Assembly: GCA_010356995.1 (NCBI GenBank)
Contig: ML996703.1
Location: 1-64,000 of the forward strand
Length of the DNA: 64,000 nt
Source: Trichodelitschia bisporula
Lineage: Eukaryota
Reading direction: 5' to 3'
How positions within the stretch are numbered: position 1 is the first letter of the stretch; every line of letters starts with the position of its first letter. The translations under genes and the position numbers were made by a program. Shown in pieces: positions 49,021-59,671 of this stretch. The notes below the pieces were generated by a model. It worked only from the letters and a program-made list of their open reading frames with translations, was not told the origin of the DNA and made no database searches.

Positions 49021-49159
49021 GATGGACTACCCGTTGGCGATGGACTACCCAGTACTGACGGTCTACCCGTTGCTGACGGTTTACCCGCTGCTGATGGACT
49101 ACCCGCTGCTGATGGACTGCGAGTACCCGGTACTGATCAACTACCCGGCGCTGACGGAC
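49021..49159. repeat. 18-bp degenerate minisatellite (GATGGACTACCCGCTGCT)
   Basis: About 7-8 copies between two convergent 3' ends. Confidence 0.9.
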
Positions 49160-49176
49160 CACACGTCGCGAGGAAA

Positions 49177-49914
49177 TTAATCCCCGCTGTCAATCGAAGC
49201 CCGATGCTCCGGCGACGACCCCTCAAACAGCGAGTCCCGATCAAAATGCCGCCCATGCACCGAAGGACTCTTGTCAGCCGGCGGGCGCGGTTGGGGGAGA
49301 TTAATCGGGCCCTCCGGAATCCGAGCCTCAAGCCGCAAAAGAATCCCCTTAATAGTCTCCACATCGCTACGGCCGTTAGTCAAACCCATACAAACGGTCT
49401 CACAGCCCTCAAGCCTCCCCGCGTCAAGAAAAAGGATTACCCACGCAGCAAGCGCATTCAAACCCACCGCCATCTTCCTCGCCCTCAACGTCTCCACTCT
49501 GCGCACACTCTCCTCCAACCCCCCCCGCCTAACCACCCACATAACCCGTTCCCAACTCAACCACTGCCCGACCTCCGCGCCCCTCTTTCCCATCCCCTCA
49601 ATCTCCTCCTCCAGCTCCAAATGCGCATCAAAATACTCCTGCAACATCGCGTCCCACTGCCCCGCCGTCCGCGCCCCCTCGCCCAAATCCAGCGACGCAA
49701 GACCGCTGGCCCGGCCGCCGCGGAGGCGGAACGAGCGCTCGGAGACGGTGTTCGAGACGCTGGCGCTGATGCGCCGGAGTTCGGCGGGGGCGGACCGGTA
49801 GGCGCTGGCCCAGAGGCTGACGGCGTGGCTGATGGTTACGGCGCTGATGAGGAGGGCGACGATGCCGACGATTGAGCCTGTGATGGAGAGGGGGGAGTCG
49901 GTGAGGGAGGACAT
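49177..49914 (-). CDS. Hypothetical protein with HeLo-like/STAND N-terminal-type hydrophobic helix
   Basis: MSSLTDSPLSITGSIVGIVALLIS...YRSAPAELRRI, WERVMWV. Probable in-frame 78-nt intron 49367-49444 (GTGGGT...CTAAC...TAG). Confidence 0.65.
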   Translation of the reverse strand: MSSLTDSPLSITGSIVGIVALLISAVTISHAVSLWASAYRSAPAELRRISASVSNTVSERSFRLRGGRASGLASLDLGEGARTAGQWDAMLQEYFDAHLELEEEIEGMGKRGAEVGQWLSWERVMWVVRRGGLEESVRRVETLRARKMAVGLNALAAWVILFLDAGRLEGCETVCMGLTNGRSDVETIKGILLRLEARIPEGPINLPQPRPPADKSPSVHGRHFDRDSLFEGSSPEHRASIDSGD

Positions 49915-50325
49915 GGCGTGGGCATTGTGGAGGGAGGAGGGGAGGTGCGGTGAAGATTGAGGTGGGAAATGGCGCAGCCATGATCCTCGTTTCACCAGCA
50001 TGTCATGGTGGTGGCGCGGTGCTAGGATCTGGGCTAGGCTACGAGGCTTGGGAGCTCGAACTGCAGGGGAATGCAGCAAGGGCCCACCTCAGCTTCGGGA
50101 GGGGGGAGCCACGACATCTCGGACATGATATGAAGCCCTTGGGCCACAAGCCGTCACATCAAGCATCAAGCACCACGAGTTTATGAATTAGGCATTATGA
50201 TTAAGGTTACCGACCATCACCATCCATCATCACCAGCGACCGTTACCACCGACTCCTCGACTCCTCCGACTCCCATTACCCATTACCCGTAACCATAATC
50301 ACAGCAAACGTCCAAATCCCATCGA

Positions 50326-52618
50326 CTAGTAAACACCAGGGTAATGCGCGCGCCATTCCCCCTCCACATGCCGCGGATCGCGGCCAACACGCGGCGGCGG
50401 CGCACCATGGTCCTCGCCGAAGAACGAACGCTGCCCTTCGAGCGTGTCGTTGATGCAGTGCTTGGGCGGCGGCGCAAAGCGAGTAAAGTAGTTCGAGCGC
50501 TTCGCCTTACGCTCCTCAACGTAGGAAGTGAGGTTCTCGCACGCAGCGATCAGGACACGGTTCGCCGTGCCCGTCAGCGGTACGTCGGGCCGGCTCGTCT
50601 TCTCATAGAGCCGCAACAGGTCTTCCTGCCGATCGACCATCTTGCTGTTCGTCCACTGTTCATTTTCCCTCCCCACACGCAGCGGCTGTTCTGGGAACCA
50701 GGGCCCGTTCCAGGACTGCGAGCGCGGGTGGCTGAGGACGGCTAGCTCCGCGTTGGACATGTTGGATGTCCGCATGCGCTCTGAGAAGCAATCGACCGGG
50801 TCCTCCGGCTCCAGAGGCTCGAACCCGTTGTGCATCGCCTTCCGGGAGCGAGTTGCCAGGTCCTGCTGCTTGCGAATCGTTCCAATGGGCGGCTGCCACG
50901 ACCCGTCATGGTCAGGAGGGGCGTTCTTGAGTAGATCCACCTTCACATCGCTATCGTCGATCTTGTCCAGGACAGTGTCCAAGTCGGTCTGTCCGAACTG
51001 CGGAGGAAAGCGAAGCAGGCCGGGCGGGGGCAGCATTATACTGCCGTTGGTGCGTGGCATTCCGGGCGGTGGCATGATAAGGTTGTTGTCGGGGCGTGTC
51101 TGACGCATGTGACTCGCATCGCCGTGTGCACCAAACGCAGGTCGATCCATGAATGGGTCTTCGGGGAGGCGTCCGTCAAAAATACGCGGCATGAGGTCTT
51201 GTGGAGCCCCCAGATGCTTGGGGCGCCGGTCGTACACAGGTTGTGGGGCGTATATGTTCGTTTCTTGCGCAGCGTGGGTGGTGGTGGTGGTGGTGGTGGT
51301 GGTGGTAGTGGTGGTGATTGCGGAAACTGAGGTACGCCGAGTCCGAGTCTCTGCGTCCGAGCACCCGGCCTGCTCTCGCTGCCTCGCAACGCCGATAAAG
51401 TATGGAAGTGTATCAGGCCGGAGTGCGCTGCCAATCTTCTGACCACGCAGCTTGTCGTTGCCCAGTTGGCCTTCAATCTTCTTGCGGGCGTACGAGTACT
51501 GTCCGATGTTGACCCACTGGAAGTTGACGGCGTTCCACTGATGAGCAGCAACATCACCGTTGGGGTGCACTACGAACTGAATCTGCCCTTCACGTTCACC
51601 TTCGGTTTGTTGCAGATAGCCAGGATCGGGCAGGCGTTTACCAAAGAGCGTCGTCACGCTGTCCAGGTGTTCACCGAGGGCGGTTATGGGGTGTTGCATT
51701 ATGGTTGTATCGATAGGACCGTTGGTTGAATAGCGAAGTGTGTAGTGGCCTGTATCATCGTTAATTCAGCTTATTGTGAAAAGCTAAACTAGCCTTCCAA
51801 AGGCAGTGTGGCTCGGCAACGATTTAGGCCTGAGGCTGGGGACTTAAATGCGGCTGATTCTGACCTGATATTCTCGCTTCATGACCTCCCACATGCTCCG
51901 TATGCTCATCAATCTCTTGCTGCCAGTGCCGGCCAGACATAGGCGCAAAGTGCTGCTCGGGAGAACTACTACTCGCTTCGCTCACTGAGTCTCCGATCTG
52001 GGAACCGGCGCCGCCCCCGTTAGCGAACGACCCAGGAATCATGGCGGCTCTTGCGAAGGTGGGGAAGTCAGCGGACGTCTGGCGCGGGGACACTGCTTGC
52101 GATGCCGAAGGATCTGGAGTGCCGACGGGCAGACGAAGTGGCGGCAGTGCAGCAGCGGGAGTAGCGCGCCGCTTAACTGCGTCAGTCAGTGTGTCATTCA
52201 AGCGGCGCTTGGAGGAGACCATACTGCGGCGGCGGCTTTTTGCAGCCAGTTTGGACGGCTGAACGCGTACAGCAGCTGGATTGAACGACGACGCTTGAGG
52301 TTCTGCTAAAGAAAGTTTTGTGGAAGAAGAGGATGGCGAAGACCATGAGGAGAATTGGCTCACGACTACATCAAATGCCAACAGCAGACACTCGACAAGC
52401 ATCGTTTCTTGGCTTCGAGAATGGAAGGAGCCACCGTGCCGGTTGCATTGGGGGAGGGGGGCTGAAGACGTCGTGCCTTCCCTGGGAAGCAACACCAAGG
52501 TCCATATGATCCCACATTCGTCTGTCCGGACAACAATGAATGACTCCAGGCAACCTGTGTTGGTCACGTCGAGAAGGTTTTCGTCTCGCCTCTTCCTTGC
52601 TGAGGACTCTCTCCCCAT
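50326..52618 (-). CDS. Hypothetical fungal protein, largely disordered; 5' exon structure uncertain
   Basis: 457-aa ORF 50326-51699 with a domain-like segment (EGQIQFVVHPNGDVAAHQW) and C-terminal SFFGED...PPPRVGRDPR. Upstream ORF 51824-52618 may join through short introns. (ACC)n poly-Thr tract near 51278-51316. Confidence 0.55.
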
Positions 52619-53526
52619 TGCGGATTGCTTCGTGATTCTCTTTTCATTCTGGATTGGTTCGTCTCATCTCTTCGTCTGTCATGCCGCCGAAGTTCCCAGA
52701 ATCGAGCTGCATCGCATTCATTCTCGCGGATATCCAGGTAACCTTTGACGCTTCATGTCAGTGTCTCACATCTGGCTAGAACGAATAGGGCAGCTATTTC
52801 CTAGGGTATCCTACGATATATTGTGTATGGACTCCCGTTGACCAACGCCTCCGCCGGCGTCAGGTGGAGAGAGATATCGTGTTGGGTCTTGTGAATGTTG
52901 TCGTTGGACAGTCCTGTCGACTTGTATTGAACTGCTGCGCGGCTCACAAAGGCCATTACAGTCAGATCTGCGTAGGTAGACAAGACATTCGACATCTCAA
53001 CTAGAAATTGACAATTGTCTACAAAGCTGATTCAACATCAAAAAATGTTAATCACCACCCCTAAATGCATGCACGCAATGTACATCGCACCGCATCTCGA
53101 CGCGTCAAAACTTGACGTTAATAAGCCGCGAACCCCGGTCCGTTCTCGACTCCTCCCAGCCAGCCGATCCGGGCCTACCCGCAGCCTTGAAACAAATATT
53201 TGCATCACCGCTGGAACGTGTTTGAGCCTTGCGGAGATGCATGCTCAGTCGCCCCGTGGATGGCACCGCATCTGCACCGATTGCATCTGCGCCAATAGTA
53301 GTGCTGGCCTTCAGACCAGACGCTCAGTGTGGTCCAATAATGATTCACCGCGTTGTACAAAAGACCCGACGCCCTCACTCCCATCACCTTCACACAATGG
53401 CGGTTGTTCACATACAAAGCCGCAAAAAGAGCAGCAACAAAGCCTTTCTCTATTATACTCCCACCACCCCCCCAGAACTCGGCTCCCAAATTTCAAGATC
53501 CATCTCCCTACGCCATACTCGATATC

Positions 53527-54771
53527 ATGCGTTTTCTCCTTTTCAGCTTCGCGGCGCTGGCCGCTGCCCTACCATACACCACCGAAGATTGCTACGGTGA
53601 GGCAACAAACGAGACGACCAAGTACGGCGCTGCTCACTACAATCTCTATGTCGCTACCTACGCCGGCTGGGTCTCCAGCCAGAGGTTCCCCGCGATGACC
53701 ACCCAAGGCATGAATCTCACCTCCAACATCACTGCTTGCGGCGTCAGCCCCTCGTGGCTCGCAGTGGACAACGACAACTCAATCATCTACTGTGTGGATG
53801 AAAACCAGCCCAGCGCCAACTCCTCCTCGCTCAACGCACTGCAGAAGAAATACGACGGTTCAATCGTAGCCCACAGCAGCGTCAAACTGCCCTTCGCCGC
53901 GCCCGTCCACGCCACCCCCTTCGGTTACCCGAAGACCTTCCACCTCGCTCTGGCTCATTACACCGGCTACGTGAGCGTGGTGACGCCAGGCGGTCCGGCG
54001 GCAAATAACTTGTCGCTGTACCAGAGTTTCAACCTCACAGGCGGCCCCCACGGACCGAACCCTGCTCGCCAGGCCGACGGTCCGCACCCACACCAGACGC
54101 TCCTTGACCCGACGGGACAGTACATTATCGTGCCGGATCTCGGTGCCGATTTGCTTCGCCTGTTCTACTGGAACAAAAATGCGACGACTGTTAAACTGCA
54201 GGAACTCAGCACCACGCCGGTGTTCCCGGCTGGCGGCGGTCCGCGCCACGGCCGTTTCTGGATGCCCCCCGGGTGGAAGACCGGTGATGACGTGTACTTG
54301 TTCCTGGCCAGCGAGCTCAGCAGCGCAATCACAACGTTCAGAATCGGCTACCCGCACGGCGTGGGTCTTACGATCCAGCAGCTGAGCACGATCACGGACA
54401 TGGGCAACACACCCATCCCCAGCAATACCACCTATGCCAGCGAGATCAAGACGTCGCACGACGGCAAGTTTCTGCTCGTTAGCTACCGCGGTGACCAGTC
54501 CTTCAACACAACGACGGGTCCATCGGATTCGATTGCTACGTGGAAGATTGGGGCTAAAGGAGCGCTGGAGTTTGTGCAGCTGGCGCCGGTGGGCGGGTCG
54601 TATCCGCGCAGTTTTTCCATAACGGGTGACGACAAGTACGTCGCGGTTGGGCTGCAGAAGAGCGGCAAAGTGGTGGTCTTGGAGCGGGACACTGTGACGG
54701 GCAAGCTGGGCCAGCAGAAAGCCAGCATGGATGGTTACGGAGAGGTATCTTGTGTGACGTGGGATGCCTAG
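53527..54771 (+). CDS. Secreted 7-bladed beta-propeller lactonase (6-phosphogluconolactonase / carboxy-cis,cis-muconate cyclase family)
   Basis: Signal peptide from ATG 53527; SPSWL, RQDGPHPHQ-like, VPDLGAD, GGGPRHG, ASEL, GGSYPRSF. Confidence 0.92.
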   Translation: MRFLLFSFAALAAALPYTTEDCYGEATNETTKYGAAHYNLYVATYAGWVSSQRFPAMTTQGMNLTSNITACGVSPSWLAVDNDNSIIYCVDENQPSANSSSLNALQKKYDGSIVAHSSVKLPFAAPVHATPFGYPKTFHLALAHYTGYVSVVTPGGPAANNLSLYQSFNLTGGPHGPNPARQADGPHPHQTLLDPTGQYIIVPDLGADLLRLFYWNKNATTVKLQELSTTPVFPAGGGPRHGRFWMPPGWKTGDDVYLFLASELSSAITTFRIGYPHGVGLTIQQLSTITDMGNTPIPSNTTYASEIKTSHDGKFLLVSYRGDQSFNTTTGPSDSIATWKIGAKGALEFVQLAPVGGSYPRSFSITGDDKYVAVGLQKSGKVVVLERDTVTGKLGQQKASMDGYGEVSCVTWDA

Positions 54772-55033
54772 GAGGGCTTGCTCTCGTCTTTTCCTTTGTT
54801 CTTGTCGTTGCTTTGTTCATTGTTCACGGAGTTATTAAGATACCAATGTGATTTGCTTGCTTCTGATCTCTGTGGTGACCTCGCCATGCGATGATTGTGA
54901 TGTGATTGTGATGAGGACGGAGATGGAAGTCCCGTGCCCCTAGGTACAGCACCCTGAATCCAACCCTAACCCACATTGACCCCTCCCGCTTCTGATCCTC
55001 GTCGTCAGCCAAGTCCACCCTTAACCTCACCTC

Positions 55034-56315
55034 ATGGCGACATTACGCGTCTCGACGACGCTCCGCGCATGTACGGCTCGTAGGTCGCCGCTATGGATGC
55101 CAAATTGTACATTTGGCGTACCGCAGCGTCGGCACTTGCAGCAATCCGCGCCAAATGGCCCAGTTCCAGACTTCGCCTTTGCGTTTGAGTACGTCCTCTC
55201 ACCGTTCCACTGGCTTTCTACTTCGTTCCGTCGAGCCACCCACTAACAGCAACAGCATCGACGGCGTCCTCCTCCGCAGCTCCTCCCCCCTGCCCCACGC
55301 CCACACCACCCTCTCTCACCTCCAGCAGAACCGCATCCCCTTCATCCTCCTTACCAACGGCGGCGGCACCTCCGAGGAAAAGCGCGTCGAATACCTGAGC
55401 TCCAAGCTCGAAGTCCCGCTGCACACGGACCTCTTCATCCAAAGCCACACGCTGTTCGTGGAGAAGGAAAAACTGAAAAAGGAAACGGTATTGGTGGTCG
55501 GAGGCGACGGGGACAACTGCCGCAAGATAGCGGAGGGGTATGGGTATAAGCGTGTCGTTGTGCCGGCAGATTATTTGGTGGCGGGAAAGGGCGTGTGGCC
55601 ATTTTCTCGCGCGTTGGAGGAGCATTATAAGTCGTTTGCGCGGCCGTTGCCGCAGGGCGAGGACGCGGCGGTTAAGGCGATTTTCGTGTTCAACGACTCG
55701 CGCGACTGGGGGCTCGATGCTACTGTCATCCTTGATTTGCTCCTGTCTGAGGGGGGCAAAATGGGCACGCTGAGTCCGCGCAACGGCGACCCGAGTCTGC
55801 CGGACAATGGGTGGCAACAGGACGGGCAGCCGCGCTTGTGGTTCTCGAATCCGGATCTCTGGTGGGCGAGCGAGTATCCCCTGCCCCGGCTGGGACAGGG
55901 CGGGTTCCGCGCTGCGGTGAAGGGGGTGTGGACGGCGGCCACGGGGCGCCATGGGCTGGGGATGAATATTGTGGGGAAGCCGCATCGGGAGACGTATGCA
56001 TTTGCCGAGAGGAGGCTGGGACGACATAGGGAGAGCTTGTTTGAGGGAAGGGAGGTGGGGGGGCTGAAGAGGGTGTATATGATTGGGGATAATCCGGGTG
56101 AGTGGGTTTGCCTCATTTTGGGTAGGGCTAATGGCGCAGAATCGGATATCCGTGGCGCGAATTCATTTAAGTCCCCGCGCGGCACGGAGTGGACGTCCAT
56201 CCTCGTCCGCACCGGCGTTTACCGTGGCGGCGAGCCTGCGCATCAGCCGGCCGTAGTGGTGGACGACGTCGGCGCGGCGGTACGATGGGCACTGGAGAAG
56301 GAGGGATGGGCATAG
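55034..56315 (+). CDS. HAD-superfamily IIA hydrolase (CECR5/HDHD5-like), probably mitochondrial, 3 exons
   Basis: Arg-rich presequence; intron 55189-55255 restores FAFDIDGVL; LLTNGGG; SNPDL; GKP; intron 56098-56139 restores IGDNPESDIRGAN. Confidence 0.95.
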
Positions 56316-56407
56316 ACACAACATCACAGAACACACCACCATAATCAACCAGATAACCACACTCGTTCCATTATCAACCTACCTCACTTACCTCTCTTAC
56401 TTACCTT

Positions 56408-57007
56408 TTACATAACAACACACACCCCCCTCTCCCTCTTCCTCTTCCTCTTCGGCAATCCATTAGTATTAAACCTTACCTTCGGCCCATCCTTCTCATT
56501 CAAGCCCAGCACCCGCACATGCTTCGGCCCAGCAGGCCGCTTCCGCCTATCCGGCTCATCGAGGCCCAGAATCCGTTTACCCTTCTCCGGCCTACGCGGT
56601 AGATCCTTCTCCATCCTGCACCGCCGCGTATCAGGCACCCGACTCGGGGGTACACATACAGGCTTACCGTACCCCCGAATGGGCAATGGCTGGGCGGCCA
56701 TGTACTCCTCGCGCTGCGGACGCGGGGGCGCCTGGCGCGGCGGGAACGGCGCGCTCTGTGCCATGCGCTGCCGCTGCTGCTCCTCTTGCTGTCGTTGCTG
56801 GAGAATAGTTTGTGCGCCGCGCTTGTTGGCGCGCATGACGCGCTCGTGGTGCGCGTACATGGCTGCGTTTTGGCGCGCTTTGGTCCGGGGGGAGGGGGCG
56901 ACTTCTTCGAGTTCGCGGTAGCGGGTGTTGGTGCGCTTGAGGTGGGTGTGGAAGTCGCCGGGGAGCATGTTCTTCATGTCCGTTGTTGCTTTTTGGGGGG
57001 GGGGCAT
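56408..57007 (-). CDS. Hypothetical 199-aa basic protein with polybasic tract and CaaX box
   Basis: Strong start context (ACAAAATG), upstream TATA-like element near 57090, C-terminus KRKRKRERGVCVVM*. Confidence 0.7.
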   Translation of the reverse strand: MPPPQKATTDMKNMLPGDFHTHLKRTNTRYRELEEVAPSPRTKARQNAAMYAHHERVMRANKRGAQTILQQRQQEEQQRQRMAQSAPFPPRQAPPRPQREEYMAAQPLPIRGYGKPVCVPPSRVPDTRRCRMEKDLPRRPEKGKRILGLDEPDRRKRPAGPKHVRVLGLNEKDGPKVRFNTNGLPKRKRKRERGVCVVM

Positions 57008-57525
57008 TTTGTTGATGTGAGGGCGGATGATGGATGGGAGGATGGGATGAGGTAAGATGGGATGGAATGGGCTGGGATTGGGATGGGGAGTATATATTCC
57101 CCTTTTTGGGGTGGATGTGGTATGGGGATAAAGATTAATGGCCTTGTTGGTGGAGTTTAATGTGATTGTGCATGGCTTTGTGGGGTATTGTCACTGGTAT
57201 AGCGGGGGGGGGGGACTCGAGTACAAGGGGACAATAGGGATGAAGGATCGCGACATGGTCAATGGGTTTTAACTTTCTTTATGCTATCTACTCTGTCCTA
57301 ACTTGCTGCGCCGGCCAGCTGACAGAACTCAGATGTTATCGTTCGCTGATGCCCGGGTGTGCAGTTACCGGCTTGGTTAATCGCCGTGGCGCGGAGAACC
57401 AGATCTATTGCAGGCGCAATTGCTCGGTTCGGTGAAGGGAAGCAGCGAAGGACGACGCTGGAATGAGAGTTAGGATGGTGTCGGAAGTTGAAGGGGAGGA
57501 GTTACTTACTTGCGGCGCTCGCAAG

Positions 57526-58203
57526 CTAACGATCGAAGTCATCGAGCGTCCAACCCTTGGGGATGACATGTTCATGTGTCCGATCGGGCTCCTCGCCAAT
57601 CCGGTACATGCGAATGCAGTAGTGTTCCTCGGGGCGCGTGAAATTCGGCAGCACATTCCACCGAGGCTTCCCGATCGGAAGGTCCTCGAAGATCTGAAGC
57701 CGGACGCTGGCCTTCTCAGCTGCCTCGACAACGCACTTGATGCGCTCAATGATGACGGGCAGGGTGTAGCCTTCGTGTGGGTGCCCAGCGCGCGCGGCAG
57801 GATGAGGGGTTGCGGCCCGCCAGGAACAATCGGGGTTCCCCTGGCGCATGAAGCGAACTTGGACCTCAAACTTGGGATTTCTGGACCATTCGGCGATCTG
57901 CTTGAAGACATGCTCCATCGCGACCTGCGGCATATTGCCGGTGAACAGCCAGGAAGAGTTGGGGCCATTAGGGACCCAGCCGAGGTTGATGCAGAACTTG
58001 ATGGTACGGTCCTGACCAAACTTTTCGACGAGCTTCATGAACCAGCAGAGCGCGATCCAGTCCTCCTCGTAATCGAGCTCGACACGGACAAGGAGCGTCT
58101 TGCATTGCATCAACTCCTGCATGTGCTGCTGCAACGTCGAACGGCATGGGATGAGGAGGAGCATTTGGCGGCATCTCCAGAGGCTCGAGGGGGTTCTGCA
58201 CAT
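57526..58203 (-). CDS. Hypothetical protein, possibly the 3' part of a degenerate gene
   Basis: 225-aa ORF with C/G-ending codon bias in its 3' two-thirds. In-frame upstream ATG at 58332 is separated by a TAG at 58228-58230. Confidence 0.4.
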   Translation of the reverse strand: MCRTPSSLWRCRQMLLLIPCRSTLQQHMQELMQCKTLLVRVELDYEEDWIALCWFMKLVEKFGQDRTIKFCINLGWVPNGPNSSWLFTGNMPQVAMEHVFKQIAEWSRNPKFEVQVRFMRQGNPDCSWRAATPHPAARAGHPHEGYTLPVIIERIKCVVEAAEKASVRLQIFEDLPIGKPRWNVLPNFTRPEEHYCIRMYRIGEEPDRTHEHVIPKGWTLDDFDR

Positions 58204-59671
58204 GCTGTTCGTAGAGAAGAACGCACCCTACGCTGTTCCCAAGAGGTCACTGGATAGCCCGGCGCTCAAGTGGCTCAGGCAAATTCTTGATATCCTCAAG
58301 TGGGAAGTCAAATGGGAGGATGAAGGTCTCATCTTGGTCTTTCGGAATTTTGTTTGAGCAGAGCCTACTCGTCAAATCAGGCTCGCGCGACGTGTCGATC
58401 TAGACAAGATTAGTACAAGTCGAGGCATCTCAGCCTTGCCGGCCACTTACGATTTGCGGGTGCGGAAAGTCTGGCAGCTTTGAGAAGAAGCAGACGTCAA
58501 CAACGATTGAGATGAGGACAATGACAGTGATGAGGAGGAGGCAGTGGTAATGATGAGCACAAGGAAGAGGAAGAGGAAGAGGAAGAGGAGGAGGAGGAGG
58601 AAGTGGTAGGTCATTTTCAGTTTCTGTGAATCGCTCGACCGGGGCGGGCGGACGGTGACACGCCGCAGCGAGGCGCGACAGACGACAGTGTGGTGGTCTT
58701 GTTGAAGCTCTAGGACGGCATATATGAGCTTGACTAAGAGAGAATTTGATAACGAAGGAAAGAAGCAGAGGAGGAGGAAGATGAACATCTCAGGAGTTCT
58801 CCGCCTTCGGTAACTGGCGAAGCCGAGATTCTCTCCGAACCGGGCTCCGCCGAGCAAGTTTGAAAATTCAGGAGTCCGTTCATAGTACAGACTATTTTTT
58901 ATATGTATATGTAGCAGCATTGTAAAGCTGACAGTTTTCAACCTTGGAGGTGACGGCTAGAGTTAATGTTCAAAGCAAAGCGATGCCAGCACAGACGACT
59001 TTCCCTTTTAGGATTACCCATGCCCACTGAAAACGCTGGGGTTCGAAGGTGGTTGGCTCTACTGAGAACTGTAAGGTTAACTAAGCGTGCTGGTTCGGAA
59101 CTCTGTCAAGTAGATGAATTGACCTGATGAAAACAACCGGCTCCTCCAGTACTAATACTAATACTACTACCAAGAGCAAACATACGACTGACTCCTTCGC
59201 GTTTGTAATGACTGTTACTTCTGTTCGTCAAGAATGCCATCCCTGTGCTCCGCCCACTCCTGCCGCCCACACCCACAGCCCTACACACGAGCCACAGTTG
59301 CGCCACGGCCTGCGGGGGGGACCACATCGGAGGCCACTCGCTTTTATCGTGAGCGTTGAGAAGAGACAAAAAGTGTAAAAAGTTATGGTGTAAGATATAC
59401 GTCCGTAAGTGAGGATTACAATAAGTCGACCGACGTTTTCTCCACTCCTGATGTAGCCCCCGAGTATCGCGAATCTCTCGACTGTGTACCGTAGACGTCG
59501 TCACCCGGTCTTGAGGCGCCGCTGCCCGAACACTAGCCCGCCAAGAGATCCTCCAAAAATTTCCGGCTTCCCAAAAGCGCATCTGCAGCCGCTTCGCTTC
59601 ACCACCCCATTTTCAGACCAACGCTGTCGCTTCTCCTCCCACCCCAGATACCACTCGCATATCTTCCTAAC

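Noticed and set aside
57463..58257. 264-aa plus-strand ORF
   Set aside because: Exact antisense shadow of the minus-strand ORF, which has the better codon pattern.
59125..59190. TGATGA...CTGA as a possible C/D box snoRNA
   Set aside because: No clear terminal stem or recognisable rRNA guide; interior is low-complexity.
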